From assembly GCF_024502345.1 (NCBI RefSeq), contig NZ_JALDNN010000001.1: 64,000 nucleotides of DNA; one strand, given 5' to 3'. Positions 47,660-60,819 of this stretch are shown in pieces. This stretch comes from Escherichia coli (GTDB lineage: Bacteria > Pseudomonadota > Gammaproteobacteria > Enterobacterales > Enterobacteriaceae). Every line of letters begins with the position of its first letter. The first letter of the stretch is position 1. The notes below the pieces were generated by a model. It ran no database searches. It was not told where the DNA came from and saw nothing but the letters and a program-made list of their open reading frames with translations. Made by a program: the position numbers and the translations under genes.

Positions 47660-48349
47660 TTACTCTGCAGCCTGCATAGTAGCCCACCAGTCGGCATCAG
47701 CTTCGATCTCGCCTTGCTGATTGACGTGGGGATAAGGCAGGCCTTTGCGTTTTGCGACTTTCGCCAGCACCGGATAGCCGCCTTCAAACAACAGGCGTTG
47801 TTGCTCTGCTTCCGGCAACATGCTGTTTTCACGCAGGTACATGCCCGCATTTTGCCGCTGGCGCTGGGCTTCGTAAAGAATGAGGGCTGAGGCAACGGAA
47901 ACATTCAGCGATTGCACCATGCCAATCATCGGAATGATGATGTCCCGATCCGCCAGGGCCAACGCTTCCTCAGTGATGCCCGTTTTCTCCTGACCCATCA
48001 AAATGCAGGTCGGGCGAGTGTAATCAATTTCGCGAAAATCGACAGCGTTATCAGAAAGATGGGTTGCCAGAATTTGCATGCCCTGGCCTTTGAGATGAGC
48101 GACGGCATCGCCAATGGTGCGGTGCGTTTTCACCTGCACCCAACTGTTGCTACCCGCCGCCGCAGAGGCCATGGTACGCATGCGGCTACCAGGCCAGACG
48201 GCGTGAACTTCATGTACGCCAACGGCATCTGCGGTACGAATAATCGCAGAAACGTTATGAGGTTTGTGGACCTGCTCCATGCAGACGGTCAGATCAGGCT
48301 GCCGCCTGGCGAGCATTTCGCAGATGCGTGCATAACGTGTTGGGTTCAT
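47660..48349 (-). CDS. trmH: tRNA (Gm18) 2-prime-O-methyltransferase
   Basis: 229-aa SpoU-family methyltransferase directly downstream of spoT. Confidence 0.95.
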   Translation of the reverse strand: MNPTRYARICEMLARRQPDLTVCMEQVHKPHNVSAIIRTADAVGVHEVHAVWPGSRMRTMASAAAGSNSWVQVKTHRTIGDAVAHLKGQGMQILATHLSDNAVDFREIDYTRPTCILMGQEKTGITEEALALADRDIIIPMIGMVQSLNVSVASALILYEAQRQRQNAGMYLRENSMLPEAEQQRLLFEGGYPVLAKVAKRKGLPYPHVNQQGEIEADADWWATMQAAE

Positions 48350-48355
48350 AAAACA

Positions 48356-50464
48356 TTAATTTCGGTTTCGGGTGACTTTAATCACGTCTGGCATCACGCG
48401 GATTTTGCGCATGATATTCGCCAGATGCACACGGTCACGAGCGGTCAGACGAATAAAGGCGCTGTAGACGCGACCATCTTTCTCTTCCGTATTCAAACTT
48501 TGAATATTCGAAGTCGTGGTGTTAATTGCCGCCGTCAGGTTTGCCAGCGCGCCCTGATGATTGAACATCTCCACCTTGATTTCGGTGATGAACTCCTGCG
48601 CCGTCTCTTTATCCCATTCCACAGCCATAAACTTCTCTGGCTCTTTCTGGTAGCCACGGATGTTACGGCAGGATTCATGGTGGATCACCAGACCTTTACC
48701 GGGGCTGACGTGGGCGATAATCGGGTCGCCAGGAATAGGGCGGCAGCATTTCGCAAAGGTGATCAGCACGCCATCGGCACCTTTAATGGGCAGATGTCCG
48801 TGACTTTGGGTTGCCGGTGGAATGGAGGCGTCCCCATGTTGCAGATTTTTCGCGACCACCACGCTCATTGCGTTACCAAGTCCGATTTCTGCCAGCAGAT
48901 CGTCAAGCGTTGCCAGCTTCATACGATCCAGCTCGCGCTGAATATTTTCCTGCGGGATTTCATTCAGCTTACGGCTACCACCCAAAGCATGGTTGAGCAG
49001 ACGACGGCCCAGGCTTACAGAATCATCACGCTTGAGGTTTTTCAGCAACTGACGAATTTTGGCGCGCGCTTTCGAGCTAACGACAAAGTTCAGCCACGCG
49101 GCATTCGGGCGAGCGCCGGGTGCGGTAATGATTTCAACGGTTTGACCGCTGGTAAGCGGCTGCGACAGCGGGTAAGGCTGACGGTCGACGCGTGCGCCCA
49201 CGCAGGCATGACCGATATCGGTATGCACTGCATAAGCGAAGTCGACAGGCGTTGCACCGGCAGGCAGTTCGACAATGCGCCCTTCCGGTGTGAAAACGTA
49301 AATCTCATCCGGGAAGAGATCGGATTTAACGCTCTCGATAAATTCAAACGAGCTACCGGCGCTTTGTTGCAGCTCCAGCAGGCTTTGCATCCAGCGCTGG
49401 GCGCGGATTTGTGCAGTCGTGCTGGTTTCGCCGTGCTCTTTATAAGCCCAGTGCGCGGCAACACCCATCTCCGCCATCTGATCCATATCTTCGGTACGGA
49501 TTTGGACCTCAACCGGCACGCCGTGCGGGCCAATCATCGAGGTGTGCAACGACTGATAGCCGTTCGCTTTTGGAATGGCGATGTAGTCTTTCACGCGACC
49601 CGGACGCGGCTTATACAGGCTATGCATCTGGCCGAGCACGCGATAACAGGTGTCGGAATCATTGACGATCACGCGGAAAGCGTAGATGTCCATGATCGAG
49701 TGAAAACGCTGCTCTTTGAGCACCATTTTGCAGTAAATCGAATAAAGATGCTTCTCGCGACCACTGACGCGGCACGGTATTCCCGCTTCCTGCAAACGCC
49801 CTTCGATTTCAGAGAGGATTTTTTGGATCATCTCTTTACGGTTGCCGCGCGCGGCTTTCACCACTTCTTTGATTACGCGATAACGGTTGGGATACAGCGC
49901 CTCAAAACCCAGCTCTTCGAGTTCGGTTTTAATGTGGTGGATACCTAAACGGTGCGCCAGCGGGCTATAAATTTCGAGAGTTTCACGGGCGATGCGGCGA
50001 CGTTTGTCCGGGCGAAGTGAGCCCAGCGTGCGCATGTTGTGGGTACGGTCGGCAAGTTTGATGAGGATGACGCGGATATCCTGCACCATCGCCATAATCA
50101 TCTTGCGAAAGTTTTCGGCCTGCGCCTCTTTCTTATCGCGGAACTTGAGCTTATCAAGTTTCGACACCCCCTCTACCAGCTCGGCGACGCTTTTACCAAA
50201 AAGCTGTTCCATGTCCTGGTAGGTGGCGGGAGTATCTTCAATCACGTCATGCAGCAGCGCTGCCATAAGCGTTTCATAGTCGAGTTTCATCTCGGCCAGA
50301 ATGCAGGCAACAGCTACCGGGTGCGTGATATAGGGTTCACCGCTTGAACGTGTTTGCCCCTCGTGAGCATCACGTGCAACGAGATACGCCTGCCGCAGAC
50401 GCTTGATTTGGTCTTCCGGCAGGTAGGTTTGAATCAGTTGATTCAGGCTTTCAAACAGATACAA
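48356..50464 (-). CDS. spoT: bifunctional (p)ppGpp synthetase/hydrolase
   Basis: 702 aa with HD, synthetase, TGS and ACT regions; conserved rpoZ-spoT-trmH-recG order. Confidence 0.97.
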   Translation of the reverse strand: MYLFESLNQLIQTYLPEDQIKRLRQAYLVARDAHEGQTRSSGEPYITHPVAVACILAEMKLDYETLMAALLHDVIEDTPATYQDMEQLFGKSVAELVEGVSKLDKLKFRDKKEAQAENFRKMIMAMVQDIRVILIKLADRTHNMRTLGSLRPDKRRRIARETLEIYSPLAHRLGIHHIKTELEELGFEALYPNRYRVIKEVVKAARGNRKEMIQKILSEIEGRLQEAGIPCRVSGREKHLYSIYCKMVLKEQRFHSIMDIYAFRVIVNDSDTCYRVLGQMHSLYKPRPGRVKDYIAIPKANGYQSLHTSMIGPHGVPVEVQIRTEDMDQMAEMGVAAHWAYKEHGETSTTAQIRAQRWMQSLLELQQSAGSSFEFIESVKSDLFPDEIYVFTPEGRIVELPAGATPVDFAYAVHTDIGHACVGARVDRQPYPLSQPLTSGQTVEIITAPGARPNAAWLNFVVSSKARAKIRQLLKNLKRDDSVSLGRRLLNHALGGSRKLNEIPQENIQRELDRMKLATLDDLLAEIGLGNAMSVVVAKNLQHGDASIPPATQSHGHLPIKGADGVLITFAKCCRPIPGDPIIAHVSPGKGLVIHHESCRNIRGYQKEPEKFMAVEWDKETAQEFITEIKVEMFNHQGALANLTAAINTTTSNIQSLNTEEKDGRVYSAFIRLTARDRVHLANIMRKIRVMPDVIKVTRNRN

Positions 50465-50482
50465 GGGCGACCCGCTTTGTGA

Positions 50483-50758
50483 TTAACGACGACCTTCAGC
50501 AATAGCGGTAACGGCTTGTAATTCAGCGGCTTCCTGCTCTTGCTGTTCCTGGCGTTCGCGAACGTCGAGGATCTGGTTGTTGATCAGACCTTCTTCGATT
50601 TCGCGCAGCGCGATTACAGTGGTTTTATCGTTTTCTTCCGGTACCAGCGGATCCTTTCCGCCTACCTGCATCTGACGAGCGCGACGCGCGGCGACCAGTA
50701 CCAGGTCAAAACGGTTACCAATTTTCTCTACAGCGTCCTGAACAGTTACGCGTGCCAT
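50483..50758 (-). CDS. rpoZ: RNA polymerase omega subunit
   Basis: 91 aa, [29 protein letters not shown]. Confidence 0.97.
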
Positions 50759-50812
50759 ACTTAAAAAGCTCCACAGGTGAAGAAATGACTGGGCATAATA
50801 CTGAAATCAGGT

Positions 50813-51574
<762 letters not shown>

Positions 51575-51601
51575 AGTGATTCACTGCAATAAAGACGATT
51601 C

Positions 51602-53989
<2,388 letters not shown>

Positions 53990-54280
53990 GGTTCTCTCCC
54001 TAAAAATCTGTCTGGCAGGGTAGCGATTTGTGCGCATTGTCACGATTGAGATTTTTTAAGGTGAGGGGGAATTGATAACTTGTAGTTATGTGAAATCGCT
54101 ATTTTCTGTAGCGGAGATGCATTCTTCTGACTTCTTGTCTGAGAAAATGCATAAGAAAAAATAGGTTAAAACTGAGGGGTGGAAAAGAAAGGTGCAATGT
54201 TTAGCTATTGTATTCACCGCACCTGGACTTTGGCTTACGCATCGGGTGTCTCAATCAACAAAAAGAGTTTTTAGTTTCTG

Positions 54281-54592
54281 CTATTTTTTCTCTGTAATTT
54301 TTACACTGTTTTCCAACTGCTTAATGCTGACCTGCGGGGTCGGCAACTCCTCAGGCATGGTTCCGCCAAGTTCCTGAATGGTTTGCCTCACCTTGCGACC
54401 TACGTCAAAGTGTGTGGTGTTAGCTTGCTGTTTTGAATTCACGCCATCCCGCTTAAGTTTTTCTTCTGTTTGGGTAGCTACTTTGAACCGGATAACCTCG
54501 AATGGGTGACTGGTGAGATTGGTGCGCCGCCGTTCGATGTGTCGGGTGTGGCCTACCTGCTTCATGGCATGGTGTCGTTCGATAAGCGCCAC
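54281..54592 (-). CDS. small ORF of uncertain reality; its C-terminal ~60 codons look protein-like and may be the remnant of the gene displaced by the islet
   Basis: GTG-initiated 103-aa ORF with a charged C-terminus (TQTEEKLKRDGV...GGTMPEELPTPQVSIKQLE); its 5-prime half overlaps a plus-strand ORF. Confidence 0.3.
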   Translation of the reverse strand: MALIERHHAMKQVGHTRHIERRRTNLTSHPFEVIRFKVATQTEEKLKRDGVNSKQQANTTHFDVGRKVRQTIQELGGTMPEELPTPQVSIKQLENSVKITEKK

Positions 54593-54858
54593 CAGATCGA
54601 ATCAACCCGGCGCACACTGGAAAGCATGGTTGCTGGTGGACTGCTTGAGCGGGTGACAGTGTATGAATCGCGCCAGATACGGCGCGGCGGTGAGACTAAC
54701 GCAACGGTCGTGCGCTACGGTTTACCCGGTCAGTGCGCTGTTATGCGCGATACTGGCGGCGCTGATAGCCTGGCTGATTCCGGTAATACTGCGGAGTTAG
54801 GTCTACCGGCATAGCTTACCCGTGGAGAAATGAATCATCGAATGAGTTTGGTCGGGAG

Positions 54859-55539
54859 TTATTCCACCAGCAAAAATGGCGTTGCCCGGTCTATGACGTT
54901 GATGCCAATTAACGAGCTAACATTTCGACCATTCACAATGCTATCCCGTTCAAGCAAATGCGCTATTTTTTCTACTTCATACCAGTATTGAGCCATGAGG
55001 GCTTTGGTCTTTTCAACGAGTTTAGAAAGCATTAACTCCCTGTTAATTTGCTTATTTGTAGCGCAGATTAAATCGAGCATGTCATTTACGTTAGCCATGT
55101 CATAGCGATGAGGTAGCGAATACTTTTTGTTGAAAATATCGTTGTTTTCGTAAAGGGCTTCGCTTACTGGTCCGGCGAGGGATACAAAAGCGGCCTTTTT
55201 TGCATCGCGCTTTATACCATCCGCATAGTAACGTATGAAAGGGATAACTTTACCATTCTGCCCAACTACACCAGATTTACTATCCCGCAAACGCCCGAGA
55301 TCGTGGCTGTGAATTATGCTGTGTTTAACAACGCCCAAACACTTGGCCTCATGTACATGTTCGCCAGCAACGTAACCGTATTCATCCATAACGGCGATAA
55401 CAATATTGGTTTCACGCCCACCGATATGACCAGGAATAACCGGGACAATTGTGGCAAATTCATTACCGTTAATTGTGCCCTGATAGGCGTTCAGATGAGG
55501 GGCGGCCTCAGAAATTAATCTGCTTTTTTCGATGTTCAT
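54859..55539 (-). CDS. hypothetical protein (226 aa, His-rich central segment), cargo of the integrase islet
   Basis: Clean ORF with a TAA stop; contains HVHEAKC and HSIIHSHD segments; no family recognised. Confidence 0.5.
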   Translation of the reverse strand: MNIEKSRLISEAAPHLNAYQGTINGNEFATIVPVIPGHIGGRETNIVIAVMDEYGYVAGEHVHEAKCLGVVKHSIIHSHDLGRLRDSKSGVVGQNGKVIPFIRYYADGIKRDAKKAAFVSLAGPVSEALYENNDIFNKKYSLPHRYDMANVNDMLDLICATNKQINRELMLSKLVEKTKALMAQYWYEVEKIAHLLERDSIVNGRNVSSLIGINVIDRATPFLLVE

Positions 55540-55761
55540 TTTCAGTCTCCGTTAGGCGGCGGTGAGATTGTCCGGGTACCACATGGTTGACACTTAGATC
55601 CAACACGTAGTCGTACCTATCCAGTGAAAACCATTCCATCACATCGCCGTATTTAGCCCGTTTCATAACGCCACCTTTTACGCTGCGCCTTATTTTGTGA
55701 TTGAGCCAGGCGGTAAGGCTTCCCGCTTTTCGCCCCGTCGGGCTAGACTCAATCTATTCAG

Positions 55762-57021
55762 TTAGTTCGCCCTTCTGAGAGGCGTCACGTTGTAATCTTC
55801 GCCCTTCTCCAGAGCCACCAGCAAGCCCGCCCACTGTGTTAACGCAGCCCGTCGCTCGTCAAAGTATTGGTGACGGTTATAAATCCCCTCTACGCCCTTA
55901 ATGCGATGATTGAGGCATCGTTCCGCCACTACCGGATCAACGCCCAGCGCTGCTAAATGGGTGCGGGCCGTGCGTCGGAAGTCGTGAATCGTGAAATTAG
56001 GCACATCCGGCATTTCGGCGCGAACCTTAGCCAGTGCTACGGGCAGGGTGCTTTCCTGAATATGGGGGATCATGCGGTTTTGCATCTTTCTGGCTGGCAG
56101 TACCCATGCGCTGTTGCATGAGAACGTTTTAAGCTCTCTCAGCCATTCGACGGCTGGCGGTGCTAATGGGATGTCTATAGCGTCGCCGTTTTTGCTGCGT
56201 TCCTCTGGCAAGCGCCATACGGCTTTATCAAAATCGAACTCCTCCCAGCGGGCGGCGCATAACTCCATTTTGCGGACGCATAACGCTAACAGTAATTTGA
56301 ACGTGATTTCGTTCTGGCGACTGAATCCCTTAGCCGTGCGCATGGCTTTGAATAGCTGGATTAACTCATCGCGGGTTAACCAGCGGTCACGGGCAACTTC
56401 TTTCCCTCCGGCGTCTGCCACCTCAAAGGCTGAACAGGGGTTAATCTCCAGCGCGTGCCGTTTGATTCCGTAGTCGAATATGCGGCGCGTCCATCTCAGC
56501 ACGTCCGTTGCTATGGTCGGCGCTCCACGGTCAACAATACTTTTCAGCATGTCGTCGATATGGCGCGGCTTCACGTCCTCTACCTTCATGCTGCCAATGC
56601 AGGGGTTTATATCTTTGTCGATACGGCGGCGGAGTATATCTGGGTGCTTCCAGCGCGGCAGGATCTGACGCTCAAAGTATTCAGCGGCAAGCTCTGAAAC
56701 GCGCATGGCATTCTTCTCTGCTTCGATCTTCGCCAGTGCTTCGGCTTTCCGTTCCTGCTTCTCTCCTGCAACGTCATAGCCCAACGCAACGCGAGCCGAT
56801 AGCTCTTTGGCTGTCTCTCTGGCCTTTGATAGTGATAGCTCGGCATATGAGCCGATAACCATTGCTCGCTGCTTACCTGCGAATTTATAGCGAAAGCGCC
56901 AGAAAGGGACTGTGTAGTTTTTGGGGTAGCAAATATAAAGGCCGTTGCCATCGGCCCTTCCTTCAAATCTATCTCCGGCCTTTATCCATGCGCGGATCTG
57001 CATGTCTGTAATCTTTGGCAT
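55762..57021 (-). CDS. P4-type tyrosine integrase
   Basis: N-terminus MPKITDMQIRAWIK..GLYICYP is typical of the arm-binding domain; C-terminal catalytic HDFRRT..Y residues; start trimmed from 57057. Confidence 0.85.
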   Translation of the reverse strand: MPKITDMQIRAWIKAGDRFEGRADGNGLYICYPKNYTVPFWRFRYKFAGKQRAMVIGSYAELSLSKARETAKELSARVALGYDVAGEKQERKAEALAKIEAEKNAMRVSELAAEYFERQILPRWKHPDILRRRIDKDINPCIGSMKVEDVKPRHIDDMLKSIVDRGAPTIATDVLRWTRRIFDYGIKRHALEINPCSAFEVADAGGKEVARDRWLTRDELIQLFKAMRTAKGFSRQNEITFKLLLALCVRKMELCAARWEEFDFDKAVWRLPEERSKNGDAIDIPLAPPAVEWLRELKTFSCNSAWVLPARKMQNRMIPHIQESTLPVALAKVRAEMPDVPNFTIHDFRRTARTHLAALGVDPVVAERCLNHRIKGVEGIYNRHQYFDERRAALTQWAGLLVALEKGEDYNVTPLRRAN

Positions 57022-57048
57022 TGCGAATACCTGAACATTGAATGGGGG

Positions 57049-57102
57049 TGTGTACATAAACCGATGTACATAAAACCCATTATGTACACCACTATGTACA
57101 CG
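57049..57102. repeat. four TGTACA palindromic iterons upstream of the islet integrase
   Basis: TGTACATAAA, TGTACATAAA, TGTACACC and TGTACACG spaced 12-17 bp apart. Confidence 0.6.
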
Positions 57103-57210
57103 GCAATCGTGCGCTTTGTTGCTTCCTCATGATAGCCCATGATAACAAAAAAGCCCGACAAAATGCGGGCTTTGCTGGTTTTGTGTATCTTTGTGATAGC
57201 TCTTAAATAT

Positions 57211-58074
57211 TTACTCGATATTCTGAATCTGCTCGCGCATCTGCTCAATCAACACTTTCAGCTCAATCGCGGAGTTTGTCACTTCGGCATTGATAGACTT
57301 CGACGCAAGAGTGTTCGACTCGCGGTTGAACTCCTGCATCATAAAGTCCAGACGACGACCAACGGCTTCTTTTTTCTTCAGAATGTTGTAGGTCTCTTTG
57401 ACATGCGCTTCGAGGCGGTCCAGCTCTTCGGCAACGTCAATTCGTTGTGCCAGCAGAACCAACTCCTGCTCCAGACGGTTGTTTTCCAACTGCACCTGAG
57501 CATCTTCCAGCTTCGCGACCAAGCGTTCACGCTGCCATTGCAGGATTTCCGGCATATGGGAGCGGACTTTGACCACTTCGGCGGTGACGCCTTCCAGACG
57601 CTGCTCGATCAATGCTTTCAGTGCCTGACCTTCGGTTTCGCGCGCGACAATAAAGTCGTCCAGGGTGCCATCCAACGCCGCGAGAATTTCAGCGGCAATG
57701 GCGTCAAGATCCTGCTCCTGGGCTGCCATCACGCCCGGCCAGCGCAGAATATCAACCGGGTTGATTTCCCCTTCGTCACTCTGCATTTTTACCCAGTTCG
57801 CGGCAGTTACCAGCTGTTTAGCCAGTTTTTCGTTGAGGATCAGCTCACCTTGCGCGCTAACATCTGGCTCATAGCGCAGGGTACATTCCACTTTACCGCG
57901 CGTCAGGCGAGAACGAATACGCTCACGAACGACAGGTTCAAGGCTACGGAACTGCTCCGGCAGACGAAAGTAAGTTTCCAGATAACGCTGGTTTACCGAG
58001 CGCATTTCCCAGGTTGCGCTCCCCCATTCACCCTTGATTTCACGCCGGGCGTAGGCGGTCATACTGCGGATCAT
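57211..58074 (-). CDS. yicC: YicC-family stress-induced protein
   Basis: 287 aa, MIRSMTAYARREIKGEWGSATWEMRSVNQRYLE. Confidence 0.95.
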   Translation of the reverse strand: MIRSMTAYARREIKGEWGSATWEMRSVNQRYLETYFRLPEQFRSLEPVVRERIRSRLTRGKVECTLRYEPDVSAQGELILNEKLAKQLVTAANWVKMQSDEGEINPVDILRWPGVMAAQEQDLDAIAAEILAALDGTLDDFIVARETEGQALKALIEQRLEGVTAEVVKVRSHMPEILQWQRERLVAKLEDAQVQLENNRLEQELVLLAQRIDVAEELDRLEAHVKETYNILKKKEAVGRRLDFMMQEFNRESNTLASKSINAEVTNSAIELKVLIEQMREQIQNIE

Positions 58075-58200
58075 AGACGTTCCTGTTTATAAAAGGAGAG
58101 GTGGAAGGATTATAGCCATCGATGCCTTGTCAGGATAGGAATAACCGCCGGAAGTCCGTATAATGCGCAGCCACATTTGTTTCAAGCCGGAGATTTCAAT

Positions 58201-58917
58201 ATGCGTCCAGCAGGCCGTAGCAATAATCAGGTGCGTCCCGTTACCCTGACTCGTAACTATACAAAACATGCAGAAGGCTCGGTGCTGGTCGAATTTGGCG
58301 ATACCAAAGTATTGTGTACCGCCTCTATTGAAGAAGGCGTGCCTCGCTTCCTGAAAGGTCAGGGCCAGGGCTGGATCACCGCAGAATACGGCATGCTGCC
58401 ACGTTCTACCCACACCCGTAACGCTCGTGAAGCAGCGAAAGGTAAGCAGGGTGGACGCACAATGGAAATCCAGCGTCTGATCGCCCGTGCTCTTCGTGCG
58501 GCAGTAGATTTGAAAGCGCTGGGTGAGTTCACCATTACGCTGGACTGCGACGTGCTTCAGGCTGATGGTGGCACGCGTACCGCTTCGATTACGGGTGCCT
58601 GTGTGGCGCTGGCAGATGCGCTACAGAAGCTGGTGGAAAACGGCAAGCTGAAAACCAATCCAATGAAAGGGATGGTAGCCGCGGTTTCTGTCGGGATTGT
58701 GAACGGCGAAGCGGTTTGCGATCTGGAATACGTTGAAGACTCAGCCGCAGAGACCGACATGAACGTAGTGATGACCGAAGACGGGCGCATCATTGAAGTG
58801 CAGGGGACGGCAGAAGGCGAGCCGTTCACCCATGAAGAGTTACTCACCTTGTTGGCGCTGGCCCGAGGGGGAATCGAATCCATTGTAGCGACGCAGAAGG
58901 CGGCGCTGGCAAACTGA
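58201..58917 (+). CDS. rph: ribonuclease PH (intact, wild-type C-terminus)
   Basis: 238 aa ending ...ATQKAALAN, so it is not the K-12 MG1655 rph-1 frameshift allele. Confidence 0.95.
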   Translation: MRPAGRSNNQVRPVTLTRNYTKHAEGSVLVEFGDTKVLCTASIEEGVPRFLKGQGQGWITAEYGMLPRSTHTRNAREAAKGKQGGRTMEIQRLIARALRAAVDLKALGEFTITLDCDVLQADGGTRTASITGACVALADALQKLVENGKLKTNPMKGMVAAVSVGIVNGEAVCDLEYVEDSAAETDMNVVMTEDGRIIEVQGTAEGEPFTHEELLTLLALARGGIESIVATQKAALAN

Positions 58918-58922
58918 TTTTT

Positions 58923-58952
58923 AAGGCGACTGATGAGTCGCCTTTTTTTTGT
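58923..58952 (+). terminator. pyrE attenuator (rho-independent terminator)
   Basis: AAGGCGACTGATGAGTCGCCTT hairpin followed by a T8 run between rph and pyrE. Confidence 0.8.
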
Positions 58953-58982
58953 CTGTAGAAAAGTAAGATGAGGAGCGAAGGC

Positions 58983-59624
58983 ATGAAACCATATCAGCGC
59001 CAGTTTATTGAATTTGCGCTTAGCAAACAGGTATTAAAGTTTGGTGAGTTTACGCTGAAATCCGGGCGCAAAAGCCCCTATTTCTTCAACGCCGGGCTGT
59101 TTAATACCGGGCGCGATCTGGCACTGTTAGGCCGTTTTTACGCTGAAGCATTGGTGGATTCCGGCATTGAGTTCGATCTGCTGTTTGGCCCTGCTTACAA
59201 AGGGATCCCGATTGCTACCACAACCGCCGTGGCGCTGGCGGAGCATCATGACCTGGACCTGCCGTACTGCTTTAACCGCAAAGAGGCAAAAGACCACGGT
59301 GAAGGCGGCAATCTGGTCGGTAGCGCGTTACAAGGACGCGTAATGCTGGTGGATGATGTGATCACCGCCGGAACGGCGATTCGCGAGTCGATGGAAATTA
59401 TTCAGGCCAATGGCGCGACGCTTGCTGGCGTATTGATTTCGCTTGATCGTCAGGAACGCGGGCGCGGCGAGATTTCGGCGATTCAGGAAGTTGAGCGTGA
59501 TTACAACTGCAAGGTGATCTCTATCATTACCCTGAAAGACTTGATTGCTTACCTGGAAGAGAAGCCAGAAATGGCGGAACATCTGGCGGCGGTTAAGGCC
59601 TATCGCGAAGAGTTCGGCGTTTAA
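58983..59624 (+). CDS. pyrE: orotate phosphoribosyltransferase
   Basis: Start trimmed to [13 protein letters not shown], giving 213 aa; PRPP-binding [14 protein letters not shown]. Confidence 0.95.
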
Positions 59625-59660
59625 AGAAACTCGCCGGATGAAAAGTCATCCGGCGTCATA

Positions 59661-60257
59661 TTACTGCAACTGCGCGGCAATTAGCGGCCAGCGGGCGTCA
59701 AAATCATCCGTCGGGCGGTATTTAAACTCGCTGCGGACAAAGCGTGACAGCATACCTTCACAGAAGGCCAGGATCTGGCTTGCCAGCAGGGTTTCATCGG
59801 TGGTGTAACCTTCACCCTCACGCATTCTCTTTTCACGCAATACCTGGCGCAGCTGCGCTTCAATACGCTCGAACAGCTGGTTGATGCGCCCTTGCAGGCG
59901 ATCCTGTTCAAACATCAGTGCATGACCAGTGAGGATGCGGGTCAGGCCAGGATTACGCTCACCAAAACCGAGAAGCAGCAACACAATCAGACGCAGGCGC
60001 GCTGTGGTGTCTTTCTCATCTTTCAGAATCAGGTTGATGCGAGTAATCAGGCTATCTTCGATAAACTCAATCAGGCTATCGAACATGCGGGTCTTACTGG
60101 GGAAGTGGCGATACAGTGCCGCTTCGGAAACGCCGACAGAGGCGGCCAGTTTTGCCGTCGTGATACGTTGGCTTCCATCGCTGGATTCCAGCATCAGCGC
60201 CAGAGACTGAAGTATTTCTTCGCGACGGTTCCTTTTCGCAGTTTGTTTTTCTGCCAT
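59661..60257 (-). CDS. slmA: nucleoid occlusion factor (TetR family)
   Basis: Start trimmed to [16 protein letters not shown], giving 198 aa. Confidence 0.95.
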
Positions 60258-60363
60258 GTTACAAAATACCCCTGAAAATAAGCACTTGCCAGGCGGCACC
60301 CACGCTATGACCGCAAACGAAATGTTTGCGGCTATGTTATGACGTTATTCGGATGCGTATGTG

Positions 60364-60819
60364 TTACTGACGACCAGAGTGACCAAAGCCGCCTTCACCG
60401 CGGTCGGTGGCGTCGAAATCTTCCACCAGATTAAATTCAGCCTGTACTACCGGAACAAAAATCATCTGGGCGATGCGTTCGCCAGGTTGAATGGTGAAGC
60501 TGTCCTGACCACGGTTCCACACGGAAATCATTAACTGGCCCTGATAGTCGGAATCGATCAATCCTACCAGGTTACCAAGCACGATACCGTGCTTATGTCC
60601 CAATCCGGAGCGCGGCAGCATCATTGCCGCCAGTGAAGGATCGGCAATATGAATCGCCAGCCCGGTCGGAACCAGAGTAGTGTCACCCGGAGCCAGTTCT
60701 ACGGCGTCGTCGAGACAGGCACGCAGGTCAAGTCCGGCAGAGCCAGAGGTGGCATAAGTCGGGAGCGGAAATACCTTCCCAACGCGCGGGTCCAGAATCT
60801 TAACGTCGATTTTTTTCAT
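60364..60819 (-). CDS. dut: dUTP diphosphatase
   Basis: About 151 aa, [14 protein letters not shown]... Confidence 0.95.
   Translation of the reverse strand: MKKIDVKILDPRVGKVFPLPTYATSGSAGLDLRACLDDAVELAPGDTTLVPTGLAIHIADPSLAAMMLPRSGLGHKHGIVLGNLVGLIDSDYQGQLMISVWNRGQDSFTIQPGERIAQMIFVPVVQAEFNLVEDFDATDRGEGGFGHSGRQ

Larger units (their letters stand above)
54471..57150. mobile_element. integrase-bearing islet of ~2.7 kb between yicG and yicC (approximate bounds)
   Basis: Tyrosine integrase plus cargo ORFs occupy the slot where K-12 carries dinD; TGTACA repeats lie at the integrase end. Confidence 0.55.

Noticed and set aside
47912-49948. A 678-aa ORF on the plus strand
   Set aside because: It lies entirely antisense to spoT and the end of trmH, whose minus-strand translations are unmistakable. 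Its product is low-complexity (R/H/G/A-rich) with no motif. Long open antisense frames are expected opposite genes that avoid the reverse complements of stop codons.
57049-57102. The TGTACA repeats read as LexA boxes for a dinD-like SOS promoter
   Set aside because: LexA sites are CTGT-N8-ACAG; these repeats lack the CTGT/ACAG half-sites and the 16-bp dyad.
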